Assembly (NCBI GenBank): GCA_949949005.1
Contig: CATLHM010000001.1
Span: forward strand, 193,491-257,490
Length of the DNA stretch: 64,000 nucleotides
Direction: 5' to 3'
Source: an uncultured Lachnospiraceae bacterium
GTDB taxonomy: Bacteria; Bacillota; Clostridia; Lachnospirales; Lachnospiraceae
The notes under the pieces are model-generated. The model saw only the letters and a list, made by a program, of their open reading frames with translations, searched no databases and was not told the DNA's origin. Positions within the stretch are counted from its first letter, which is position 1. The number at the start of each line of letters is the position of its first letter. Of this stretch, positions 10,444-19,722 are shown piece after piece. Both the position numbers and the translations under genes were made by a program.

Positions 10444-12429
10444 ATGTGGTGGACAGAACACAAATACCGCATGATTCAGAATAATTTGCGGGACATTGAC
10501 GCAGGCATGGATGTGGACTTCGAAGTTGCCATGCTGAAAAAACTCCATGCAAATGTGGTACAGCTTGGCTGCGGCGGCATTACAGCATTTAGCCAGACAA
10601 CGCTGGGCTGTCAGAAAAAATCACCCTTCCTGCGGGGAGATAAATTCGGTGAACTCCTCACGAAATGCCACGAGAACAACATCCGGGTCATCGCCCGTTT
10701 TGACGTAAGTAAGGTTCACGTGGATTTTGAGACGACCCATCCCGAGTGGCTTGTGAAGACTGCAGAAGGAAAACACGTCTATTACAACGACACGGTAGTC
10801 ACCTGCGTAAACAGTGATTACCAGCAGAACTGTACCCTGGAGATCCTAAGGGACATCCTTGAGAGGTATCCGGTAGACGGTATCTTCTTTAACATGTTCG
10901 GCTACCCAAACAACGACTACAGCGGTCGTTACATAGGCTTTTGCCACTGCGAGAACTGCATCCGAAGATTCCGGGAGATGTACGGGGAGGAGATTCCCAC
11001 TAAGGAAGACCACAAGGATCCCGTCTGGCACAAGTACGAGGAATTCAAGCGCGTCACGGTAAACCAGCTCCTTGAGAAGATCCACGACTTCGTAAAGGCC
11101 TCTCATCCAGAGGTTCCAATCAGCACCTATTTCGATAAGGGGATAGACATAATCCGTATGGAGTCTAATACCGCCGTGGATCGCCCCCTTCCGCTCTGGC
11201 TCTATCATTCTTCCGAAAATGTGGCCTGCGTGGAAGACACTTTCGCCGATAAAGCCTCCAGCAATGTCTGCATCAACGCCGTGGATCTGCGCTATCGTTT
11301 CATGGGCGTCCCCGATGCCCTGAATCGGATCCGCCTCATGGAGAACATTGCGAATCGCGGCAATCTGGACTGGTGTATCATCGGTTCCTTTGACGGCTAT
11401 GCTGACACCTCCAACTGGGAAGGTGTGGAAGAAATCTATGGTTTTCATGAAAAGTGGCAGGATGTCTATGATAAGTTGTCACCGGCTGCCAAAATCCTCC
11501 TCCTTCAGCCGGTGGCACCCTATCGCTTTGGGTATTCCGAGGAATTCCGCGGCATCTTCCGCATGCTTAAGGAAGCACACATTCCCTTCGACACGCTGAT
11601 TGACGTGGATGCTGATCACTATGGCGTGGACATGGAGCAGTACTCCCTGGTCATCCTTCCTGGCATCAGGAAGTTTAAGAGCGAAAAAGTCCGCTCCATG
11701 CTCAAGAACACCAGGGCAAAGCTCCTTGCAACGGCCGGAAGTCTCTCCGAAGATCCAGAGCTCCTTGCGGAGCGTTTCGGCATCCTTTCCCTCTCTGAAA
11801 AGAACGTGGAAATCACCGAAGCCGCCTATTTCCGAACCGAGCCCAAGTCCCTCTTTCCTTCCTTCCCGAAACAGGAATGGCTCTACCTGCACGGTCCGAG
11901 GCTGGAAGCTGCCTGTGCTTACGCAAACGGCATGGTCGGGATCCTTCCGCTGGTAAATCCCGCCACTTTCGGGCCTCCGGAACGTGCTTTCGGACATACC
12001 TTTAGCGACATACCCGGTGCTCTTTTCAGTGAGCAGAGTACTTATGTCCTCTTTGATATTGGCAAACTCTATTATGAGCAAGGCTATCCTGCATTCCGGA
12101 AAGCCCTTGTTGACATCATGGATGCCATGTCATCGGATCACGAGATTCGTCCCTACACGACCAATGCTCATCCCAGCGTTGAGACTATCTACCACAAGCT
12201 GGATGACAACACCGCCTGCCTCCATCTTATTAACGTGAGCGGAAACAACGGTGTTATGCTGGATGAGCCCATTCCCCAACACGGAATTTCCTTCACCTTC
12301 CACAGAGAAGTGGATTCCATTGAGGAGCTGACTCTTAAGGAAAGCAGAAAGGTTCCGGCAGATGGAAGCGTACTGGACGTGTCGGAACTTGTCTATGCGA
12401 AGGTCTACCTGATCCACTACAAAGCCTGA
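10444..12429 (+). CDS. Uncharacterised glycoside hydrolase-like protein (GHL6-type TIM barrel plus GH42-like trimerisation domain)
   Basis: RVIARFDVSK; YPVDGIFFN; CHCENC Cys cluster; C-terminal YSLVILP GATase-like segment; start at ATG 10444 after GGAGG. Confidence 0.7.
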   Translation: MWWTEHKYRMIQNNLRDIDAGMDVDFEVAMLKKLHANVVQLGCGGITAFSQTTLGCQKKSPFLRGDKFGELLTKCHENNIRVIARFDVSKVHVDFETTHPEWLVKTAEGKHVYYNDTVVTCVNSDYQQNCTLEILRDILERYPVDGIFFNMFGYPNNDYSGRYIGFCHCENCIRRFREMYGEEIPTKEDHKDPVWHKYEEFKRVTVNQLLEKIHDFVKASHPEVPISTYFDKGIDIIRMESNTAVDRPLPLWLYHSSENVACVEDTFADKASSNVCINAVDLRYRFMGVPDALNRIRLMENIANRGNLDWCIIGSFDGYADTSNWEGVEEIYGFHEKWQDVYDKLSPAAKILLLQPVAPYRFGYSEEFRGIFRMLKEAHIPFDTLIDVDADHYGVDMEQYSLVILPGIRKFKSEKVRSMLKNTRAKLLATAGSLSEDPELLAERFGILSLSEKNVEITEAAYFRTEPKSLFPSFPKQEWLYLHGPRLEAACAYANGMVGILPLVNPATFGPPERAFGHTFSDIPGALFSEQSTYVLFDIGKLYYEQGYPAFRKALVDIMDAMSSDHEIRPYTTNAHPSVETIYHKLDDNTACLHLINVSGNNGVMLDEPIPQHGISFTFHREVDSIEELTLKESRKVPADGSVLDVSELVYAKVYLIHYKA

Positions 12430-12446
12430 AGGAGGAACGGACGAAT

Positions 12447-13349
12447 ATGAAAAATGAATGGTATCTGATCACTATCGGCCATCTCACCCGAAACATATAC
12501 TGGGGTGAAAGCAGCGGCAAGGCTGTTCATTCCTGCATTGCCACGTGTACTGCCGTTCGGAGTGAATATGGCGTGATCCTCATTGATCCCTCTCTCCCCG
12601 GAGAGCTCCTTACGAAAGAACTTTACGACCAGGCTGGTATCCGCCCGGAAGAAGTGACTTACATCTACTGCACGCACAATCACCTGGATCACTGGACCGG
12701 AACGGAAGCTTTCCCCCAGGCAAAGCTCTGTCTTCCGGAAGCAGACCTTTGTTACCTTAAGGAAGACCGTGATCTCTACGAGGGCGTCCGCGGCACGGAG
12801 ATCGACCGTATGGTTGGCGTATGCGGGGAACTTGTACCTGGTTTTACCCTGGTTTCGCTTCCCGGCCACTCCCTTGGGCTTTCCGGGCTCCTCTTTGAAG
12901 GGCCGGAAGGAAAAATTCTTGCCGCCGGCGACTCCATCATGGGAAAAGAGTATTTCCACGCAAAACGGGGTTACTTCTGGTCGGCAGACCTTTTTCTTTC
13001 CTGCAAGTCCATGGAAAAAGCCGCTGCCCTCGCGGACTACATCATTCCGGGTCACGGCAATTACTTCAATGTTGCAGCCTATCTCTACGAGGAGGGAACT
13101 CCCGATGAAGTCATTCCGGAGGCCGTACCCGGTGTTATCTCAGAATACTCTCCCCTTAAGGAGATCCTCTACAACGAGGATTGTTTTGAGGTCTTCCACA
13201 GATATTTGCCGGGCATGAACATTACCGGCCTTCGTATTGCAAGAGATGTGGCGCTCCACGCATTCATTCTCAACATGGACGATGCCGTCCAGAAAGATTG
13301 CAGCGAGCTGCTCAGAGAGCTGAACGAATGTAAAAACAAACCGATATAA
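12447..13349 (+). CDS. Metallo-beta-lactamase-fold hydrolase with a C-terminal extension
   Basis: ILIDP; THNHLDH; LPGHS; AGDS; IPGHG. Confidence 0.85.
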   Translation: MKNEWYLITIGHLTRNIYWGESSGKAVHSCIATCTAVRSEYGVILIDPSLPGELLTKELYDQAGIRPEEVTYIYCTHNHLDHWTGTEAFPQAKLCLPEADLCYLKEDRDLYEGVRGTEIDRMVGVCGELVPGFTLVSLPGHSLGLSGLLFEGPEGKILAAGDSIMGKEYFHAKRGYFWSADLFLSCKSMEKAAALADYIIPGHGNYFNVAAYLYEEGTPDEVIPEAVPGVISEYSPLKEILYNEDCFEVFHRYLPGMNITGLRIARDVALHAFILNMDDAVQKDCSELLRELNECKNKPI

Positions 13350-13366
13350 ATGAAAAGGAGAATCAT

Positions 13367-14260
13367 ATGAAAACAAACAAAATTGGATTTATCGGACTCG
13401 GAATCATGGGTAAGCCCATGGCTAAGAACCTGATCAAGGCAGGTTACCAGCTGGTAATCTATGACATCAAGGAAGAGAACCTTGCGGAGTTTGGGGCTCT
13501 CGGAGCAGAATGTGCTGCAAATCCCGGCGAGGTGGCAGAAAAGGTAAATGTGGTCATTACCATGGTTCCCAATTCCCCCCATGTACGAGCTGTATGCCTG
13601 GGAGAGAACGGCATTGTCACCAAAGCACACAAAGGACTGGTTGTCATCGATATGTCCTCCATTGATCCCACCGAATCCAGAGCCATCTATAAAGAGCTCA
13701 TCACTCACGGTATCGAGCTCCTGGACTGCCCTGTTTCCGGCGGCGAGCCCAAGGCTATCGACGGAACGCTCTCCGTCATGTGCGGAGGTAACAAGGAAAT
13801 CTGGGACAAGTACGTCGATCTGCTTAAGAACATGGCAGGCAGCGTTGTCTATGTCGGCCCTATCGGTTCCGGCAACGTGGCAAAGCTTGCAAATCAGATG
13901 ATCGTTGCAGCGAATATCAGCGCCTGCGCAGAAGCTTTTACATTCGCAAAGAAGGCCGGAACCGAGCCGGAGCTTGTTTATCAGGCAATCCGCGGCGGTC
14001 TCGCAGGTTCCACTGTCATGGATGCCAAGGTACCCATGATGCTTGCAGGAAACTATAACCCCGGTTTCCGCATTGACCTTCACATCAAGGATCTTACCAA
14101 TGCCCTCAATGCAGCCCATGCGGTCAACATGCCCGTTCCCATGACCGCCCAAATGATGGAAGTCATGCAGGAACTCAAGAACCACGGCGAAGGAAGCTGC
14201 GACCACGACGATATCGTCCGCTACTATGAGAGAATGAGCGGAACTTCAATCGTAAAATGA
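13367..14260 (+). CDS. garR: 2-hydroxy-3-oxopropionate (tartronate semialdehyde) reductase
   Basis: IGFIGLGIMGKPMAKNL; DCPVSGGEPKAIDGTL; VYQAIRGGLAGSTVMDAK; PGFRIDLHIKDL. Confidence 0.9.
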   Translation: MKTNKIGFIGLGIMGKPMAKNLIKAGYQLVIYDIKEENLAEFGALGAECAANPGEVAEKVNVVITMVPNSPHVRAVCLGENGIVTKAHKGLVVIDMSSIDPTESRAIYKELITHGIELLDCPVSGGEPKAIDGTLSVMCGGNKEIWDKYVDLLKNMAGSVVYVGPIGSGNVAKLANQMIVAANISACAEAFTFAKKAGTEPELVYQAIRGGLAGSTVMDAKVPMMLAGNYNPGFRIDLHIKDLTNALNAAHAVNMPVPMTAQMMEVMQELKNHGEGSCDHDDIVRYYERMSGTSIVK

Positions 14261-14339
14261 GAACGTCGCCCGGCGAATTCTCTGATTAAATCAAACCTTG
14301 CATCATCAAGGTTCATTATTCATAAGTTGGAGGAAGAAA

Positions 14340-15587
14340 ATGGAAGTATATCGGGACGCGAAGGAAATCTTTAGAGAGGCGATTGATGCAGTGCTGCCGG
14401 ATAAGGCAGTGAAAAGCGCTTTGGAAAAATGGGAGTTTCTGGATAACGTATATGTAGTTGCAGTTGGAAAGGCAGCCTGGAAAATGGCAGAGGTTACACA
14501 GAAATTATGGAAAGAGCGGATAAAAAAAGGAATCATACTGACAAAATACGGGTGCGCGAAGCACTCGGTGGAAGGATTTGAAATCATAGAAGCAGGGCAT
14601 CCCGTCCCGGATGATAATTCGATTTTGGGAACGCAGAAAATCATAGATATGGTAAAAAACCTGACGGAAGAGGACAATGTCATTTTTCTTTTATCAGGAG
14701 GAGGCTCTTCTCTTTTTGAACTGCCCACAAAGGGCGTTACGCTTAAAGAATTACAGAGTGTGACAAAACAGTTCCTGGAATGCGGGGCGCAGATCACGGA
14801 AATCAACACGGTGCGCAAGAGACTTTCGGATGTAAAAGGGGGGAAATTCGCAGCTTGTTGTGCGCCGGCAAGAGTCTACTCGGTCATTCTTTCGGATGTG
14901 CTTGGTGACAAGGTAGACATGATAGCCTCAGGGCCTGTCAGCGCGGATCATACTACCTGTGGGGATGCGGTGCATGTGGTAGAAAAATACGGGTTGAAGT
15001 TTGAAAAAAATATCGTAGATGCACTGCATAAGGAGACGCCAAAACAGGTTGACAATGTGGAGATCCTGGTGGAGGGAAGTGTGAGCGAATTCTGCACGGC
15101 AGCCGCTCAGAGTGCAAGGAGGTTAGGGTATCAGCCTTATATATTATCGGATATGCTTGACTGCGAGGCGCGGGAAGCGGGACGTTTCATGGCCGGAATT
15201 GCCCGCACGATTGCAAAAAGAAGAAAGTACGTGGTAGAACCGCCCTGTGCGGTGATCGCAGGCGGAGAAACGGTAGTAAAGGTTTTAGGAAAGGGCAAAG
15301 GGGGAAGAAATCAGGAAATAGCTCTTGGCGCTGCCGATGGAATCCGTGGATTGGAAAATGTGGTGATTTTTTCCGTAAGCTCGGACGGCTCCGATGGGCC
15401 GACGGATGCTGCGGGCGGGATCGTAGACGGAGGGACGGCACAGCGTTTGGAGCGGATGGGAATTTCCTGTGAGGAAGCGCTTCGGGAAAACGATTCTTAC
15501 CATGCGCTTCAAAAAGTGGACGGATTGATCATGACCGGGGCGACCGGAACTAATGTGAATGATATTACAGTGATTCTGTGTAAATAG
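14340..15587 (+). CDS. Glycerate 2-kinase (MOFRL/TtuD type)
   Basis: AVGKAA; EAGHPVPD; LSGGGSSL; GGETVV; GGRNQE; DGSDGPTDAAG; TGTNVND. Confidence 0.92.
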   Translation: MEVYRDAKEIFREAIDAVLPDKAVKSALEKWEFLDNVYVVAVGKAAWKMAEVTQKLWKERIKKGIILTKYGCAKHSVEGFEIIEAGHPVPDDNSILGTQKIIDMVKNLTEEDNVIFLLSGGGSSLFELPTKGVTLKELQSVTKQFLECGAQITEINTVRKRLSDVKGGKFAACCAPARVYSVILSDVLGDKVDMIASGPVSADHTTCGDAVHVVEKYGLKFEKNIVDALHKETPKQVDNVEILVEGSVSEFCTAAAQSARRLGYQPYILSDMLDCEAREAGRFMAGIARTIAKRRKYVVEPPCAVIAGGETVVKVLGKGKGGRNQEIALGAADGIRGLENVVIFSVSSDGSDGPTDAAGGIVDGGTAQRLERMGISCEEALRENDSYHALQKVDGLIMTGATGTNVNDITVILCK

Positions 15588-15667
15588 AAAAAGGAAGAAG
15601 AGCTTTCATGCCATGGTAGTGCGCCGCGTCAGCGGCGCATGTCCGTTTTATGACGATCCGTTACGAT

Positions 15668-16945
15668 TCAGCCTGCTTTTGCGGCGCAACGAATTTCATC
15701 CAGAATCCCCCGAAGCAGTCCTTCCAGTTGCAACTGATCTTCCCGGGTACACTGGGATACGATACAGAGCGATACATCCCCGTTTAATCCGCTGGCAGAA
15801 ATCTGCAGAGCGGGTTTTTTCTTAAGGGGGCCTGCAAAAAGCATTTGCTCTGCGGCCAACTCTCCCATTTTCAGCTCGTCCCCTTTTACATTTCCCAGAT
15901 TGGTCAGACCGATGGATAAGCTGCTGTATAGGATCTCGCTTAAAGGGACGAGTACAGGAAAAAGAGTGATTTTAAACAGCTTATCCATAGCAAGAATCAC
16001 TCCCAGTCCGGCCGTCTTGTCATCCTTTAAGGCCTGGGTCTGCTGTGTGACCTGCCGCAGAGTATGACTAAAATCGGGCCCTACGCCCTGGGGAAGGCTG
16101 GTGTTTAAGGGCCCTGAAAGATTGGCTACTCCCTGGGAGTCCCCCTCCAGAATATATTTTCTCAAATCCATCATGGAGGCGATAGACAGGGGAGTCTCCT
16201 GGGATAAAGCCATCTGCCGTGTATAGGCCCGGTAATAAGCCGCCAGGATCACGTCATTGACAGAACTGCCCTCTGCCAGCTTTCGGCATGGGGCTATGGT
16301 TTCTTTGGGGATAAGGCATTCCACCAGGCAGGGCTCTCCCTCATCCTCTGTGGCAAAATGCCATTCACTTTTGATAGTCTCCCTGTGCCCGGATTGCGCT
16401 TTGTGAAATTCATGCCGGAAAATTTCCAAATCTTCCCTGCGGCATTGCTTTACGGAACGGCTTCCGGATTTGAGGGCTACCTTCTGGCCGCTATTTCCTG
16501 CCAAAAGGGCATTGTAAATCTCTGCCAGCTTTTTCAGCAGATAAGCCGCATCCCGGCCATCGGCGCACATATGTCCCACCAGAAACACGAGGGCGCTTTC
16601 CGAGCCGTTTTGAAACAAATAGCAGCGTATCTGCGTTTCGCCGGCATAGTCTATGGAATGCAGGGCCGCTTCCCTGGCTGCATCCATCACGTCCCCCTGA
16701 ATTTCTTCGATGACGGTAAGGGAATCGGTCTCATAGTCCTTTCTGGTGATCCAACGTGTTCCCAAAAGATCCGCATGGAACGAACTGTGAAGAATAGCCA
16801 GCCGCTGAACCAGTATTTGTGCTGCTTTGCTTAAAAGATGGCCGTCTAACAGGCCGGGATATTTCAGGATAAACCGTATGGTGCTGTCATTAAATTTTCG
16901 TGTGAGATATTGGGTCTGATCGCCGACTTCTGCTTTTTGTATCAT
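15668..16945 (-). CDS. Stand-alone condensation-domain / CoA-dependent acyltransferase
   Basis: HMCADG (HxxxDG) catalytic motif; SVNDVILAAY; MMDLRKY; LTNLG. Confidence 0.75.
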   Translation of the reverse strand: MIQKAEVGDQTQYLTRKFNDSTIRFILKYPGLLDGHLLSKAAQILVQRLAILHSSFHADLLGTRWITRKDYETDSLTVIEEIQGDVMDAAREAALHSIDYAGETQIRCYLFQNGSESALVFLVGHMCADGRDAAYLLKKLAEIYNALLAGNSGQKVALKSGSRSVKQCRREDLEIFRHEFHKAQSGHRETIKSEWHFATEDEGEPCLVECLIPKETIAPCRKLAEGSSVNDVILAAYYRAYTRQMALSQETPLSIASMMDLRKYILEGDSQGVANLSGPLNTSLPQGVGPDFSHTLRQVTQQTQALKDDKTAGLGVILAMDKLFKITLFPVLVPLSEILYSSLSIGLTNLGNVKGDELKMGELAAEQMLFAGPLKKKPALQISASGLNGDVSLCIVSQCTREDQLQLEGLLRGILDEIRCAAKAG

Positions 16946-17030
16946 ATTGCAATATTCCTTTCATTATTATTCATTATTACAAATTGCTAGCCCCGGAGAA
17001 TTATCCCCGTCTCTGGATGAATGGCCTAAT

Positions 17031-17810
17031 CTACCTGCGTCCCAGTGCAAGTGAGACGATGCTGAGCAAAATTAATGTGACGCCCACAATGCGGTTTAAT
17101 TTTTTATTGTCGCAGCGGTTGGCATATTTGGCGGAGACTATGGCTCCGAGCAGGCAGGCGGTGATGATTGTTATCCCCGGAATCAATTGCAGATCTGCCC
17201 CCAGGGCAACATGGCTTACCGCTCCTGTCAACGCTACCAGCGTCATAATCATAGTACTGGTTCCCACCGCTGTCTTTAAGGGCCTCTTTAAAATGATGAT
17301 AAACACGCTAAGCATCAGGATGCCGCCGCCGCTTCCCATAAATCCGCATTCCACCCCTATGAGAAAGCCTGCTGCCACAGCGGCGATGTTTCTTTTATTT
17401 TCCCATAAAGCATCCCCCGAACCGGCTTCACGTTTTTGGCCGGTGACAGGATTTCTCAGAAATTTGATCCCCAAGAAGATATTTAAGATCATGACCAGAT
17501 AGCCCAGGCCGTATTCTGAATTAAGGCTGAACAGATACCCCAGGTAACTTCCCAGTACAGACCCGGCGAAGGCTGACAGGGATACTTTTATTCCCTGCTT
17601 TAGGTCGATGTTTCCGTTTTTATAGTAAGTATAGGAGGTCAGCAGGCTTGCCAGCACATCCGCCGCAAGGGCGATGGTGACCGTGTCGTAACCGTTCCAT
17701 CCACATGCGCCTACCAGCAGCGGCGTAATGATCACTGCGGCGGAGAGGCCGGCAAGACCGGTGACGACTCCGGCTCCCAAGCCGGCAACGATATAAATCA
17801 GGTATTCCAT
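17031..17810 (-). CDS. TauE/SafE-family membrane protein (putative sulfite exporter)
   Basis: GLGAGVVTGLAGLSAA; GFMGSGGG; PLKTAVGTS; about 8 TM segments. Confidence 0.85.
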   Translation of the reverse strand: MEYLIYIVAGLGAGVVTGLAGLSAAVIITPLLVGACGWNGYDTVTIALAADVLASLLTSYTYYKNGNIDLKQGIKVSLSAFAGSVLGSYLGYLFSLNSEYGLGYLVMILNIFLGIKFLRNPVTGQKREAGSGDALWENKRNIAAVAAGFLIGVECGFMGSGGGILMLSVFIIILKRPLKTAVGTSTMIMTLVALTGAVSHVALGADLQLIPGITIITACLLGAIVSAKYANRCDNKKLNRIVGVTLILLSIVSLALGRR

Positions 17811-17955
17811 TATTTTTCTCCTTTCTTTTTGATGCAGTTATGGTATCATAAATGAAAAAGCTCCGACAGGGACAAATCCTGACGATTGTGTAAATTTGCC
17901 GCAAATCGGGACAAATTCTGTAAATTGGGTAAAATCGGGGAAAGGGAGAAAATCT

Positions 17956-18540
17956 ATGGCCTACGAGACCGCCTCAAACCAGCGTAAAGAGCTGATCGCC
18001 TCAACCTTAAAGGAACTGCTTCAGACAAAACCCCTCTCAAAAATATCGGTTACTGAACTCGTTCAGCAGTGCCGGATCAACCGTAAAACCTTTTACTATC
18101 ATTTTGAAGATATTTACGCTTTGCTCAAATGGATGCTGGAGCGGGAGATCATTGAAATGCTGCGTCAGTATGATTTGCTTTCCGACTATGACGCCGCCCT
18201 GGGATTTGCACTCGATTATATTGGCGAAAACTATACCATGCTGCGCAATATTTATAATTCCATGGAGGTGGAACATCTGCGGAGGTTCTTCTTTTCATGC
18301 TTCCGGGAAATAACCAGGCTGATCATTGAAGAACCCGCAGCAAAGATGGGGTATCGGGTGACGGAGGAGTATAAGGCATTTTTGATCGACTTTTATACGG
18401 AAGGGATCGTCGGCGGCATGATTCATGAAATTTCGAATCCTTCTTTTTATAAAAGGGAAACGTTGTCGGCCTATATTTACACTACCTTTCGGGGCGGCAT
18501 CCTTCAGTCCTTAAAGGATGCCCAGGAAAATGGCCTGTAA
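17956..18540 (+). CDS. TetR/AcrR-family regulator, divergent from the TauE gene
   Basis: KISVTELVQQCRINRKTFYYHFEDIY HTH. Confidence 0.9.
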   Translation: MAYETASNQRKELIASTLKELLQTKPLSKISVTELVQQCRINRKTFYYHFEDIYALLKWMLEREIIEMLRQYDLLSDYDAALGFALDYIGENYTMLRNIYNSMEVEHLRRFFFSCFREITRLIIEEPAAKMGYRVTEEYKAFLIDFYTEGIVGGMIHEISNPSFYKRETLSAYIYTTFRGGILQSLKDAQENGL

Positions 18541-18564
18541 TGGGCCAGGGCAGGCAAGGCCTTT

Positions 18565-18780
18565 GTGGATATGAAGCTGGAAGGGATAATGGAAGGGGAA
18601 ATAAATCACTTGATAAAACCTGTTTGCAAAAAGCTTCAGAAAAACAAACCTGCGGCAGTCATAGCCGACGAACTGGAGGAGGAGCTTTCGGAAATTGAGA
18701 GAGTCATAGCCGCCCAGAGGCAGGTCGGCAGTTATGATGCGGAGCAGATATATAAGGTTTATTCAGCGGGCGAATGCTGA
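18565..18780 (+). pseudogene. C-terminal fragment of an Rpn/PD-(D/E)XK-associated protein
   Basis: KLEGIMEGE...KLQKNKPAAVIADELEE resembles Rpn C-terminal tails; no upstream nuclease domain. Confidence 0.5.
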
Positions 18781-18968
18781 GTGGAGGGGATATTTTTTGC
18801 ACCAGGAGCGTTCATGCTGATGCCGACGAGGTATGGCAGCACATAAGAGAATAAAAACAGGGAGGAAAAGAAAGACCTGCGGACAGGCAAAAATGAATGG
18901 ATATTTTTATAAGTGGATGGTATGATAAGAGAAAGACAAGATTTTATGTTTGAGAAAGGATGGTTTTT

Positions 18969-19121
18969 ATGGCACAAGCAATAAAGTCCCATGAAGAAAC
19001 TTATACTTTAAATGATGCCATGGATGTTCTTTTGGCAAAGTTGGACGATGCAATTGATGATATGGAAAATGGTAATGTGCAGACACTTGAGGAGGCATGG
19101 AAAGAAATTGATGCCATATAA
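18969..19121 (+). CDS. Putative antitoxin, 50 aa, absent from the ORF track
   Basis: GAAGGA RBS; MAQAIKSHEETYTLNDAMDVLLAKLDDAIDDMENGNVQTLEEAWKEIDAI; acidic; directly upstream of a RelE/ParE toxin. Confidence 0.75.
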   Translation: MAQAIKSHEETYTLNDAMDVLLAKLDDAIDDMENGNVQTLEEAWKEIDAI

Positions 19122-19132
19122 GGGATACGGGA

Positions 19133-19468
19133 GTGAGTAAAAAATATAAGGTACGAATTGCAGAAAGCGGAAAACGGGATATACAGGAAAAAAAGAAATA
19201 TATCATTCGGCATTTTAAATATCGAGAGTATGCTGAAAATTTTTCGCAGAAGATAAAAGAAGCAATAGAGCGGTTAGATATGTTTCCCAAAGGCTATGAA
19301 ACCACAGGATTTCACTATCGGGGATATGATATATATCTGAAACCCCAAAGCAATCATTTAATATTTTATACGGTGAATGATGAAACGGATACTGTTACGG
19401 TATTGCGTGTGTTACAAGATGGCATGGATTGGGAATACATAATTGAATGCTGGATAAACAGGAAATAA
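19133..19468 (+). CDS. RelE/ParE-family toxin
   Basis: YKVRIAESGKRDI...LIFYTVND...VTVLRVLQ. Confidence 0.85.
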   Translation: MSKKYKVRIAESGKRDIQEKKKYIIRHFKYREYAENFSQKIKEAIERLDMFPKGYETTGFHYRGYDIYLKPQSNHLIFYTVNDETDTVTVLRVLQDGMDWEYIIECWINRK

Positions 19469-19722
19469 AAATCGTTAAGGGAGGTTCGAAAAGAACTTCC
19501 TTTTTTCAATAAGAGGCAGTGGTGGAAAATGCGTGAATTAGAGAAAACCATATTATCCCACTAAAACTGCAAAAACACGCCACATTTCCGTGCAACATGG
19601 CATAAAACACACTTAAATTATTTCCCGGACAGTCTATAATGAAATTAGTTCGGTTCATTACGTCTTCAATTGAAATCAATGAAAATTACTTCGCGTGCCA
19701 TGACGCGGGAGAGGAGTGTTTT

